Assembly: GCA_017434295.1 (NCBI GenBank)
Contig: JAFRFO010000097.1
Span: forward strand, 1-40,887
DNA length: 40,887 nt
Source: Clostridia bacterium
Lineage (GTDB): Bacteria; Bacillota; Clostridia; TANB77; CAG-508
Direction: 5' to 3'
Shown: positions 1 through 9,564 of the stretch, piece by piece
Layout: each line of letters begins with the position of its first letter
How positions within the stretch are numbered: the stretch's first letter is position 1
The notes under the pieces: generated by a model
The model's database searches: none
What the model saw: the letters and a program-made list of their open reading frames with translations, nothing else
Told to the model about the DNA's origin: nothing
Translations under genes and position numbers: made by a program

Positions 1-141
1 AGAGAGATCAATCATAAGGACTTCGCTAGAGTTTTATCCTCGTAAGATAGCAAGTTATAATAACTCAAAACACGTATGGACATTTGATAATGGGTCTATC
101 ATTGATTTCGGATACATAGATAATGAAAATGATGTGTATCA
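1..141. repeat. 141-bp terminal direct repeat, copy 1 (circular assembly overlap)
   Basis: 1-141 is identical to 40747-40887 and lies inside the terL reading frame, so it is probably an assembler overlap rather than a physical terminal repeat. Confidence 0.95.
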
Positions 142-1222
142 GTACCAAAGTGCAGAATATGATGTTATCCGTTTTGATGAGTTGACTCATTTTACTGAGT
201 ATATGTATACGTATATGATTTCACGTTGTCGTGGAGCAAACGATTATCCTAAAAGAATTAAGAGTTCTACCAATCCAGGTGGAGTAGGACACGTATGGGT
301 AAAAGAGAGATTCGTAGACATTGGACCTGCTGGAAAGATGCACGAGTGCCGTCTGGAAACAGGAGAAACTACAACAAGACTTTTTATACCGTCTTTTGTA
401 ACAGATAATAAATTCTTAATGAAACGAGATCCTGATTATGTAAAACGACTTGATGCACTACCTGAAAAAGAACGTAAAGCCTTAAAAGAAGGTAATTGGG
501 ATATATTTGATGGACAATACTTCAAAGATTTCGACCGTTCAGTACACGTAATAGAACCTTTCGATATTCCTGATAATTGGGACCGTTATCGTACAATAGA
601 CTATGGACTAGATATGTTAGCGTGTTACTGGATAGCAATCGCCCCTGATGGAAGGGAATATTGCTATAGGGAACTCTACGAAAATGATTTAATCATCTCA
701 GAAGCAGCTAAAAAGATAGTAGAAATGACTGGTGATGAGAAAATTCGTTATACATACGGACCACCAGACCTATGGAATAGGCGAAATGACACAGGAAAGA
801 ACGCATACGATATATTCCGTGAAAATGGTGTAATTATCACTAAGAGTTCAAACAATCGTATTTTAGGGTGGTATTCAGTACAAGAACATATAAAAATATA
901 CAAAATGAAAGATGAACAAACAGGCGAAGAGATGCGTATGAGCAAACTTCGCTTTTTTGATACTTGTAGGAACCTTATTCGTACACTACCAGTAATACAA
1001 AGAGATGAAAAAAATCCAAATGACTGTGCAAAACAACCTCACGAACTAACACACGCTCCTGATGCTATAAGAGGGTTCTGCATAGAACGTACAAAAGCAA
1101 CTCGAATAATGAGCGAAGAAGAGCTTTTATATGAGCAATCTAAGCGTGATAGAAGAAGATTAGGCATCTTAGGTATAGCAGGAGCAACAGCGACAAGAGA
1201 ATATATGAAATATGGAGGTTAG
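2..1222 (+). CDS. terL: Terminase large subunit, 3' part (continues from 40553/40562 across the junction)
   Basis: Walker B VIRFDE, STNPGG coupling motif, RNase H-like nuclease motif IDYG...HAPDAIR; in frame with the Walker A segment at the window end. Confidence 0.95.
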   Translation, partial: ERSIIRTSLEFYPRKIASYNNSKHVWTFDNGSIIDFGYIDNENDVYQYQSAEYDVIRFDELTHFTEYMYTYMISRCRGANDYPKRIKSSTNPGGVGHVWVKERFVDIGPAGKMHECRLETGETTTRLFIPSFVTDNKFLMKRDPDYVKRLDALPEKERKALKEGNWDIFDGQYFKDFDRSVHVIEPFDIPDNWDRYRTIDYGLDMLACYWIAIAPDGREYCYRELYENDLIISEAAKKIVEMTGDEKIRYTYGPPDLWNRRNDTGKNAYDIFRENGVIITKSSNNRILGWYSVQEHIKIYKMKDEQTGEEMRMSKLRFFDTCRNLIRTLPVIQRDEKNPNDCAKQPHELTHAPDAIRGFCIERTKATRIMSEEELLYEQSKRDRRRLGILGIAGATATREYMKYGG

Positions 1223-1224
1223 AT

Positions 1225-1431
1225 ATGGAAATATTTATAGCGATTCTACTAATAGCATTTATAGCAGTAGAAATTTTAAATAATAAACGTCTATGGGACT
1301 TAGAAAAGAAGATAAACGAAAAAGAAAAAATCAAACTTACACAAAAGCAAAAGAAGAAAATGGAAGAGTTAAAGAAAAATTTCGATAACTTAATGGAATA
1401 TGATGAGAATATTGCGATGAAAAGGAAGTGA
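1225..1431 (+). CDS. Small membrane-anchored coiled-coil protein
   Basis: GGAGG RBS; hydrophobic N-terminus followed by a Lys-rich helix; lies between terL and portal. Confidence 0.7.
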   Translation: MEIFIAILLIAFIAVEILNNKRLWDLEKKINEKEKIKLTQKQKKKMEELKKNFDNLMEYDENIAMKRK

Positions 1432-1436
1432 AATAG

Positions 1437-3320
1437 ATGGAAATAACAAAAGATTGGGAACTATACGAAGCAGGAATAGAGTATAACCAACAAGTTTATG
1501 GTGCTGACCGTAACTATTATGAAGTTTTAGACACAAATATTGCTTTCGCAAGTGGCGACCAATGGAGAGGAGTTCAAGCAGATGGACTACCAAAACCTGT
1601 TTTTAACATCATAAAGCGTGTAAAACAGTTTAAAATCGCATCTTTAAAGGCAGATAACATCTCAATTCAACTAACTCCAATGGAATATAGACCACAATCT
1701 GAAGATATAACAATGCAACATAAGGTAAAACAAGCAGATTTAGCAAATGCTGAAATCAAAAACATCTTAGAGAACATAAATTTTGATGCTAAAAGTCGTA
1801 CACTTTTATCTGATGGATTCGATACAGGAGATTGGTGTATGCACTTTTACTTTGATATGGATGAACAACCTTATAAGAGCTATATGCCAAGCGTAAAAGG
1901 TGTAATAAAAGCAGAAATAATCGACTCTACTAATGTAATGTTTGGAAATCCAAACACTCGTCAAGTAGATAAACAACCATACATCATAATTGTAGGTAGA
2001 AATTTAGTTAAAAATCTACAAGAAGAAGCAAAAAAGAATAAATCAAGCCAAATTGACCGTATTAAAGGTGATTCTGAAACAGATTATCAGATGGGAGATA
2101 ACGGAAAAGTAGAAAATTCTGCTGATGGATATGAAAAAGCACTATATATAATCAAGTATTATAAGAAAAACGGTAAAATTTATGCTAATAAATCTACTAA
2201 AAACGCTTATATTTACAAAGAAAAAGACACAAAACTAAGTTATTATCCTATTGCGTTTAATAACTGGGAAGAAGTTAAAGGAACATATCACGGTAGAGCA
2301 GAAACTACTGGTATAATTCCTAACCAAATAGCGATAAATAAGATGTTTGCGATGGTTATTTATCATTTGATGCTAACAGCTTTTCCTACAGCAGTATATG
2401 ATGCAGATCGTATAGAGGGTTGGACTAATGAAATAGGTGCACAAATACCTGTAACTAACCTACAAGGCGACTCAATTCACAATATTGCAGGTTATTTAGA
2501 ACCAGCAACAATGAGTGGACAAATAATGAACGCTATTGAGTTAGCTATGCAATACACAAAAGAGACTTTAGGAGTAGGAGATGCTTCTTTAGGTAATGTA
2601 ACAATGAATAATGCAACTGCAATCATAGCAATACAAAAGAGTGCAGCAGTACCATTAGAGAACGTAAAAGCTGCATTATATGAATTTGTAGAAGATTCAG
2701 GAAAAATCATTGTTGATATGATGGCATCTTACTACGGACCAAGACCAGTTGTAGTACAAGGACCAAATAATGAACGTACAGTAGAGATGTTTGACTTTGG
2801 ACAACTAAAAGATATGTGGATGCACATAAAAACAGACATCGGAAACGCTTCATACTTCTCTGAAGTAGCAAGTATTCAAACATTAGATAATTTGTTAAAC
2901 AACGGTATGATAGAATTTGTTGAATATCTAAGAAGAATACCTGATGAAATCATACCTCAAAAGCAAGAACTTATAAATTCTATCGAACAAAACGACATTT
3001 ATAAACAAGCAATCTATAACTTGATGGGACAATTTATGGATACACTACCACCTGAAGTAAGAGCACAATTACTACAATTAAATCCAGAACAAATGGAACA
3101 ACGTGTCCTAGAAATGATGGGAGCATTAGATAATGGAACTCAAGGTATGGCACAAATCTCTGATATGGAGAATCCACTACCAACTCCTGAAGATCTAGCA
3201 GGAACATTACAACAAGGAGAACCTGGATTTATGGAAATGATGCAACCACAAACTGAAGTTGGAAGAGATTCAGTAAAGAAAATGCAAGATTTAGAAGAAA
3301 TAGGAGGATTACAGAGCTAA
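1437..3320 (+). CDS. Portal protein (P22-like podovirus type)
   Basis: 627 aa after terL; GDQW...PVFNIIK N-terminal motif, LGVGDASLG...ATAI motif, Gln/Met-rich C-terminal extension. Confidence 0.88.
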   Translation: MEITKDWELYEAGIEYNQQVYGADRNYYEVLDTNIAFASGDQWRGVQADGLPKPVFNIIKRVKQFKIASLKADNISIQLTPMEYRPQSEDITMQHKVKQADLANAEIKNILENINFDAKSRTLLSDGFDTGDWCMHFYFDMDEQPYKSYMPSVKGVIKAEIIDSTNVMFGNPNTRQVDKQPYIIIVGRNLVKNLQEEAKKNKSSQIDRIKGDSETDYQMGDNGKVENSADGYEKALYIIKYYKKNGKIYANKSTKNAYIYKEKDTKLSYYPIAFNNWEEVKGTYHGRAETTGIIPNQIAINKMFAMVIYHLMLTAFPTAVYDADRIEGWTNEIGAQIPVTNLQGDSIHNIAGYLEPATMSGQIMNAIELAMQYTKETLGVGDASLGNVTMNNATAIIAIQKSAAVPLENVKAALYEFVEDSGKIIVDMMASYYGPRPVVVQGPNNERTVEMFDFGQLKDMWMHIKTDIGNASYFSEVASIQTLDNLLNNGMIEFVEYLRRIPDEIIPQKQELINSIEQNDIYKQAIYNLMGQFMDTLPPEVRAQLLQLNPEQMEQRVLEMMGALDNGTQGMAQISDMENPLPTPEDLAGTLQQGEPGFMEMMQPQTEVGRDSVKKMQDLEEIGGLQS

Positions 3321-3404
3321 TTAATTGGGATGTATATGGGAACAGGAAAGTATCATTTTAACTGTTGGAAGGGTTGGTAAGATACTTGATAAATCACTCC
3401 TGAA

Positions 3405-3556
3405 ATGCTGCTTATAGGCAGCATAGGGTAGAAAGAAATAAAAAAATTTAAAAGAAAGAGCCAAAAAAAGTATCGGCGAACTGCTTTAATATAAGTTTGT
3501 ATAAAAAATAACCAACCTATCTGACTTTCTATCCTATGGTGTCTATAAAGGCACTA
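3405..3556 (+). ncRNA. Putative structured RNA unit 1 (long carrier stem plus cargo)
   Basis: 3412-3435 pairs with 3525-3548 (24 positions, G-U wobbles, one G.G mismatch); alternative short hairpins at 3405-3424 and 3537-3556. Confidence 0.65.
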
Positions 3557-3589
3557 TTCTAGATTTTGTCAATTTTTTGGCATAAAACA

Positions 3590-3761
3590 GTGCTACCTTA
3601 TTGGTAGCATAGAGTAGATATACCTAGTATTGCATTGTGAAGTTTAGAGACCTATTACGAGGGACATATAAGACAATACATATAGGGAGTGAAAGTTCAT
3701 ATTTGATAGGTCAAGAACGACTAACTCTATATCTATTCTATGGTGCTAATAAATAGCACTA
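3590..3761 (+). ncRNA. Putative structured RNA unit 2 (same carrier architecture, different cargo)
   Basis: 3598-3622 pairs with 3728-3752 with the same G.G mismatch; compensatory changes relative to unit 1; internal hairpins with complementary loops. Confidence 0.7.
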
Positions 3762-3783
3762 AGACACATTATGTGTCTTTTTT
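3761..3783 (+). terminator. Intrinsic terminator after the RNA units
   Basis: AAGACACA-tta-TGTGTCTT followed by a T run. Confidence 0.7.
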
Positions 3784-3815
3784 AATGCCCAACCATAGGC
3801 AAAGGAGGAAATTAA

Positions 3816-4682
3816 ATGGAAGATGAGAAAATTGTTGATGGTACACCAACAGAAACAATGGAATCAGACGATGACTTTTTTAATGATGTAGACGATGAAG
3901 TCTTAGGAGAAGAAAGTCAAGAATCATCAGAAGAAGAAACAAATGAGGATAGCGAACCAAGTGAAACTCAGGAAGATAATTCAGAAGATGAAAACGAAGT
4001 GGATTTTAAACCTTTGTTGGAAGAATTATCAAAGAAGGTAAAGTACAACAAAGAAAACGTAACTATTGAAAACTTAGAGGATTTAATCAATGGGTACCAA
4101 AAAGGATTGAATTACGATAAAAAAGTTCAAGAGTTAGAAAATCTACAAAATAGCAAGGCAGAGGTATATCTTAAAAAGAAAGCCGATGAATTAGGTATCT
4201 CAGTAGACGAGTATATGGACCAAGTTGAAGCTTATGAGAAACAACAAAAAGCCGAAAGGGACCAAGAAAGACTCGAAGAAATGATTGAAAGCGGAGTGCC
4301 TGAAGAACTTGCTAAAGAAGTAATTGCTACAGCAGAGTTACGTAGGCAATTACAATTAAAAGAAAACGAACTAAAGGAAAAGGAAAAACAAACAGAGGCG
4401 AAAGAAAAAGAAGAAAAAGAATACCAAGACTTTCTTAAAAACTTTCCCGATGTCAATCCTGAAGATATTCCTAAAGAAGTTTTCGAGGAAGCAGTAAATT
4501 CTGATTTAAGTTCTGCTTATATGAAATATAAAATGAAAGATTTAGAAAACCAATTAAAAATAGCAAAACAAAATGAAGAAAATTCTGCATCCACAGTCGG
4601 AGGAGTTACTAATACAGGAACTACCAAAGAAAACCATATAAGCGATCCGTTCTTAGAAGGATTTAGCGAAGAAGAATATTAA
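3816..4682 (+). CDS. Capsid scaffolding protein
   Basis: Very acidic, coiled-coil, QKGLNYD motif, DPFLEGF C-terminus; directly upstream of the capsid gene. Confidence 0.8.
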   Translation: MEDEKIVDGTPTETMESDDDFFNDVDDEVLGEESQESSEEETNEDSEPSETQEDNSEDENEVDFKPLLEELSKKVKYNKENVTIENLEDLINGYQKGLNYDKKVQELENLQNSKAEVYLKKKADELGISVDEYMDQVEAYEKQQKAERDQERLEEMIESGVPEELAKEVIATAELRRQLQLKENELKEKEKQTEAKEKEEKEYQDFLKNFPDVNPEDIPKEVFEEAVNSDLSSAYMKYKMKDLENQLKIAKQNEENSASTVGGVTNTGTTKENHISDPFLEGFSEEEY

Positions 4683-4702
4683 AAAAGAGAGGATGATAAA
4701 TA

Positions 4703-5599
4703 ATGGCAGAACAAATTCATTTAGCCGAGAAATATTCAAGCAAAGTTGCTGAAAGATTTAAAATGAAATCATTAGCAACAGGATTTACTAATAGAGATTA
4801 TGATTGGGATGGAGTTAAAACAATTAAGATTTATTCAATTCCTACAGTACCTCTATATGATTACAATAGAAATGGAAAGGTATATCAAGTTGGTTCAAAC
4901 GATACATATCCACCTTCAGGAAATGATGGAGTATCACGTTATGGACAATTAAATGATTTACAAGATAGCATTCAAACAGCAACTATCACTCAAGATAAAT
5001 CATTTACTTTCATAATCGATAAAGGTGATAAGATGGATTCAATGAACGTAAGAGATGCAGGAAAAGCGTTAAGACGTGAAATTGATGAAGTTATTGTACC
5101 TACTCAAGATAAATATACATTTAGTGTTATTGAAAGTGCTGCAGTAGCAAATTCAATGACTGGTTCAGGTTCATTAAGCAAAGAAAATGTATATGCAGCT
5201 TTCTTAGCAGGACAAACTGCTTTAGATAATAAGTTAGTACCTGCTGGTGGAAGAGTTGCAGCAGTTAACGCTTCAACATTAGCATTACTAAAACAAGATG
5301 ACTCTTTTGTTAAAGCTAGTGAAATCGGACAAAAGATGTTAATAAATGGACAAGTAGGAGAATTAGATGGAATTAAAATTGTTAAAGTTCCTGATAGTTA
5401 TCTACCTGCTGGTTGTGCATTTATAATTACTCACCCATCTGTAACAGTTAAAGCTGAAAAATTAGCAGATTATAAGATTCATACTAATCCACCTTTCATA
5501 AGTGGAAACTTAGTTGAAGGTAGAATTTACTATGATGCTTTCGTATTAGATGCTAAGAAAGATGGAGTATATGCACATTTAGGAACAGCAAGTCTATAG
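4703..5599 (+). CDS. Major capsid protein (HK97 fold)
   Basis: 298 aa after scaffold; motifs GVKTIKI, QDKSFTFIID, GQVGELDG, GNLVEGRIYYDAFVLD. Confidence 0.9.
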   Translation: MAEQIHLAEKYSSKVAERFKMKSLATGFTNRDYDWDGVKTIKIYSIPTVPLYDYNRNGKVYQVGSNDTYPPSGNDGVSRYGQLNDLQDSIQTATITQDKSFTFIIDKGDKMDSMNVRDAGKALRREIDEVIVPTQDKYTFSVIESAAVANSMTGSGSLSKENVYAAFLAGQTALDNKLVPAGGRVAAVNASTLALLKQDDSFVKASEIGQKMLINGQVGELDGIKIVKVPDSYLPAGCAFIITHPSVTVKAEKLADYKIHTNPPFISGNLVEGRIYYDAFVLDAKKDGVYAHLGTASL

Positions 5600-5604
5600 T
5601 ATAA

Positions 5605-5654
5605 ATCAAGAGTTTATCTCTTGATATAAGCAAGGCGACCCCTCCTTGCTTATA
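5605..5654 (+). promoter_or_regulatory. Two adjacent hairpins after the capsid gene (mRNA stabiliser or attenuator)
   Basis: ATCAAGAG/CTCTTGAT and TATAAGCAAGG/CCTTGCTTATA inverted repeats; no U tract. Confidence 0.5.
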
Positions 5655-5676
5655 TGAGGGGATAAAGGAGGTAAAT

Positions 5677-6084
5677 ATGTTAGCAGAAGAAGTATTTAGA
5701 ATAACAATGGCTATGATAGATGAAATGACAACAGCGGGAGAATTAAACGAAACTACAACTGCAGAATATCGTGCAAAAGCACCTTCGATTTTATCTATGT
5801 TACAAGCTGAGTTAATAGGCATAGAAAACAGATATAGAGATTCAAAAGAACAAATCTCACCAGTACCAATAGAGAGTTTAGACCAACCTTTACAAATAGA
5901 TGTAATAAAAGCAACGACATTACTAACAAATGGTTTGGCTGCAAACTTAATGGTAGTTGAAGACAAAACATTAGCAAGTTTCTTTGAACAAAGATATGAA
6001 GAGATGAAAGGTTTATTCTTAAAACCAAAGCCAAGAAAACCAGAAACAAGACGAGATGTTTATGACTCTACACTAAATTATTAG
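5677..6084 (+). CDS. Putative head-tail adaptor
   Basis: 135-aa helical protein between capsid and tail nozzle; call rests on size and synteny. Confidence 0.6.
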   Translation: MLAEEVFRITMAMIDEMTTAGELNETTTAEYRAKAPSILSMLQAELIGIENRYRDSKEQISPVPIESLDQPLQIDVIKATTLLTNGLAANLMVVEDKTLASFFEQRYEEMKGLFLKPKPRKPETRRDVYDSTLNY

Positions 6085-6094
6085 GAGGTAGATT

Positions 6095-8158
6095 ATGGCA
6101 GTAATAAAAGCAGACAAAGCAACAAAACCAACTACAATAGATAAATTCTTAGGTTTGAATTTATCAGATACAGGAGATACACAAATATCTTTAGGTGAAT
6201 CAGGAAATATGACTAATTTTTATATAACTGATGATTTGAAACTAAGAAAAATATGTGGTTATCAAATATTTAAACAATTCGAAGAACCAATAAAAGGTAT
6301 TTTTTCAGCTAAGATAGGAGATAATAAATATCTACTTGTTGCAAGTGGTAGCAAATTATATTATTTTGATGGAGATTTATTGAATAGCAACTTTGAAGTT
6401 GTACCTGAAAAATACCAAACATTTACTGGAGATGGAGATGAAACAACATTTCAATTATCAAAAACAAATGTAGACTCTATAGATAAAGTTTATATAAATG
6501 GTGAAGAACAAACTACGGGATGGAGTGGGGATACAGTAACAGGAGAAATAACTTTTGTAGAAGCCCCAGCAGATAAAGCATTTATAAGAGTCTTATATAC
6601 TAAACCAATTACTTTTGTAGAAGCAGGAACCATTTCTGGTGGAGATGCTTCTTTTTTTGAGTTTGATAATTGTGTTTATATACTATGCGGAGAATATTAT
6701 AAATTTTATAAAAATCAAAGTAACGAAATGGTTGTTTCACCAGTATATGGTTATACACCAACAGTATTTATAAATACCCCTGCTGGAGCAAACGGTGGTG
6801 GAACTATCTATGAAGAAATAAATATGTTATCACCATACAAAAGACAAACTTTCAACGGTGATGGTTCGACAAAACAATTTAAAATTGCACAAATACCTGA
6901 TTCTATAACTTCGGTTAAAGTATGGGATGGTAGTGCTTGGAATAGTGCTGCATATACAGCGGCATCAGATGTTATAACAATTACAACTGCTCCTTCTCAA
7001 GGGCAGGATAATGTAGAAATAATATGGTCTAAAGATGATAATGATAGAAACATAATAGCAGGTATGAAATTCGGAACAGTCTTTGGTGGAGATGTAGATA
7101 CAAGAGTATTCTTATACGGAAATCCAAGTTGTCAAAACAGAGTCTACTTTAGTGCTATTTCTTATGCAAATGATATAGCCGTACCTAGTGCAGAATATTT
7201 TCCTGCAACTGCACAAGTAGATATAGGACCTTTAAACTTTGCAGTAACAGATTTAACAAGACAATATGATCGCTTGTTAGCAACTACAAATAAACCAGAA
7301 GCATATTACTTAACAATATCGCTAGAACAGCTTCCTGTAACATTAGCAGATGATAGTACAGCTACTCGTTATGTACCAGCTGTAAGTACATTTCCTTTAA
7401 ACGGAGCACACGGTAATATTGCTCCAGGTCAAGGACAGTTGTTAATGAATTATCCAGTAACATTTGAAGATGGTGCGATAATACAATGGAAAGCAACTAA
7501 CGTAAGAGATGAAAAAAATGCCGAAGATATAGGGCAAAAAATAAAATTAGATTTAGACAAAATACAAATTCACAATATAAAAACATTAGATTTGCAAGAA
7601 CATAATCAGTTATGGATAATATACGAAAATGAAGCTTGGATATATAACTACTACAATCAAACATATTCAAGACTTAAATTTCCTCAAAACGTAAATATGA
7701 CGAATATATGTTCGTTAGATGGAAAAGTATATATGAGTACAAATGATAATGAAATTGTAAAATTTGATGAAATATTTACAACTTACGGTGGTGAAACAAT
7801 AGAAGCATATTGGGAAATGAATTTTTCGGACTTTGGAGTACCATACTTGAGAAAAACAATGGGAAAATTATGGGTGTTAATGCAACCACAAAACTGGTCA
7901 AGTGCAGACATTAATTTCATATCAAATGTTGCTGAAAGCACAATTTCAAAACATATCGAATATAAGAAACAATGGTTTGATGATGTTCACTTTGGAGATT
8001 TCAGTTTTAAATCTTCAACAAATCCACAACCATTTAAACTAAAATTAAAAGCAAAAAAATTCACTAATTTAAAAATAACAATAAAAAATGAAGAAAACTC
8101 TACTTGCACAATACTATCATTAGTGTTACAAGTAGAAAGTTTCGGATATAGTAAATAG
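6095..8158 (+). CDS. Tail nozzle / stabilisation protein (tubular-B / P22 gp10-like)
   Basis: FLGLN N-terminal motif, beta-propeller-like composition, two inserted TFxGDG...F beta modules; podovirus synteny. Confidence 0.7.
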   Translation: MAVIKADKATKPTTIDKFLGLNLSDTGDTQISLGESGNMTNFYITDDLKLRKICGYQIFKQFEEPIKGIFSAKIGDNKYLLVASGSKLYYFDGDLLNSNFEVVPEKYQTFTGDGDETTFQLSKTNVDSIDKVYINGEEQTTGWSGDTVTGEITFVEAPADKAFIRVLYTKPITFVEAGTISGGDASFFEFDNCVYILCGEYYKFYKNQSNEMVVSPVYGYTPTVFINTPAGANGGGTIYEEINMLSPYKRQTFNGDGSTKQFKIAQIPDSITSVKVWDGSAWNSAAYTAASDVITITTAPSQGQDNVEIIWSKDDNDRNIIAGMKFGTVFGGDVDTRVFLYGNPSCQNRVYFSAISYANDIAVPSAEYFPATAQVDIGPLNFAVTDLTRQYDRLLATTNKPEAYYLTISLEQLPVTLADDSTATRYVPAVSTFPLNGAHGNIAPGQGQLLMNYPVTFEDGAIIQWKATNVRDEKNAEDIGQKIKLDLDKIQIHNIKTLDLQEHNQLWIIYENEAWIYNYYNQTYSRLKFPQNVNMTNICSLDGKVYMSTNDNEIVKFDEIFTTYGGETIEAYWEMNFSDFGVPYLRKTMGKLWVLMQPQNWSSADINFISNVAESTISKHIEYKKQWFDDVHFGDFSFKSSTNPQPFKLKLKAKKFTNLKITIKNEENSTCTILSLVLQVESFGYSK

Positions 8159-8169
8159 GAGGTAAAGAA

Positions 8170-8712
8170 ATGAATACAAGTATTCCATCAGCAGATGACA
8201 TTGTAACAAATGTAATACACAGTTTATCTGACAATCCAAATGAATCAGGTTTATCTGCTGAAGAGTTAAAAACAGCTTTTGATACTGGTTCAAGTAATAT
8301 AAAAGCATATTTAAAAACTTTAAAAACAGCTTTGGAAACAAAGTTTGCTGGAATATATCCAGTAGGATCTATTTATATGAGCGTTAACGATGTAAATCCA
8401 TCAACACTTTTTGGTGGTACTTGGGAAAGAATACAAGATAAATTCTTATTAAGTGCAGGTAACACATATACAGCAGGAGATACAGGTGGGTCAGCCACAG
8501 TAACACTAACAGAAAATCAAATGCCTTCACATAGACACAACATACATTATAGAACTAATGTTGCAGCATCAGGTAATAGTGGATTGTGGGTGCTAGGTGG
8601 TTCTACTTATAGTGGAAAAAGCACTTCAACTAATGATTCAGCAGGTGGTGGAGAAGCACATAACAATATGCCACCTTATTTAGTTGTATATATGTGGAAG
8701 AGAACAGGTTAG
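8170..8712 (+). CDS. Short tail / baseplate protein (collar / gp10-C-like)
   Basis: YPVGSIYMS...FGGTWERI...GGGEAHNNMPPYLVVYMWKRT signature. Confidence 0.8.
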   Translation: MNTSIPSADDIVTNVIHSLSDNPNESGLSAEELKTAFDTGSSNIKAYLKTLKTALETKFAGIYPVGSIYMSVNDVNPSTLFGGTWERIQDKFLLSAGNTYTAGDTGGSATVTLTENQMPSHRHNIHYRTNVAASGNSGLWVLGGSTYSGKSTSTNDSAGGGEAHNNMPPYLVVYMWKRTG

Positions 8713-8722
8713 GAGGTAGAAT

Positions 8723-9550
8723 ATGGCGAGTTTAGATTATAGTTCACAATTAAAAAACTTAGTAAATGCTCAAAAGAAAGCACAAACTGCTGAACTTCAA
8801 AACACTAGAAACCAAGCACTAAGTAATTTACAAGCAGAACAACAACAAAATGCAGCAAATTATGCTACACAAAGAAGCACAGCAAATGCTCAAAATAGAT
8901 TAAGTGCAAGAAACTTCCAAGAATACCTAGCAAGTACAGGTAGAGCAAATAGTGGTTTGGCAGCACAAGCAAGTATGCAAAATTCAAATAACTTAAATAC
9001 AAGTTTAAATAACATATATAGTGCAGAGAACGCTGCAAATGCTGACATATTAAGACGTAGAACTGATGCTCAAAATGCTTATAACACAGGTTTAGCAGCA
9101 GCAAACGCTAATATTCAAGCAAATTATATTCAAGCATTACTAGATCAAAAAGCTAAGGCTTGGGAAAGAGCAATGCAAGAAAAAGAATATAAAGAAAATG
9201 TAAGACAATTCAATGAAAATTTAAAACTACAAAAACAACAATTACAACAACGTTTTAGTAGTGGTAGTGGAGGAGGCAGAACCTACAGAAGTGGAGGTTC
9301 AAAAAAACAAACTAAAGAGATTGATTTTAAAGATTCACCAGTACAAGGATATACTGCTGGTATAGGTTCATACTCAGGTTTAACAACAACAAAAAATAAC
9401 AATAAAGGAAATAAAACAAAAAAAGGTTTTTCATTTAGTATCAATGATTCTAAATTCAAAAACAATAAGAAAAACAACCCAACAGGATTAAAAGCAAATA
9501 AACAACAATTAGCATTAGTGGACGCAAAGAAAAAGAAAAAGAAAAAGTAA
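8723..9550 (+). CDS. Putative internal virion (ejection) protein
   Basis: Ala/Gln/Asn-rich coiled coil, GRANSG motif, Lys-rich tail; precedes the giant virion protein. Confidence 0.6.
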   Translation: MASLDYSSQLKNLVNAQKKAQTAELQNTRNQALSNLQAEQQQNAANYATQRSTANAQNRLSARNFQEYLASTGRANSGLAAQASMQNSNNLNTSLNNIYSAENAANADILRRRTDAQNAYNTGLAAANANIQANYIQALLDQKAKAWERAMQEKEYKENVRQFNENLKLQKQQLQQRFSSGSGGGRTYRSGGSKKQTKEIDFKDSPVQGYTAGIGSYSGLTTTKNNNKGNKTKKGFSFSINDSKFKNNKKNNPTGLKANKQQLALVDAKKKKKKK

Positions 9551-9564
9551 AGGTGGTGTGTTAA

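Noticed and set aside
1-141. Terminal repeat as a biological direct terminal repeat
   Set aside because: It falls mid-terL and its 141-bp length equals a common assembler k-mer size, so it is best read as a circularisation overlap
3321-3783. tRNA genes, T-box or lysine riboswitch in the portal-scaffold gap
   Set aside because: No cloverleaf with a TTC T-loop, no T-box antiterminator consensus and no complete lysine-riboswitch core
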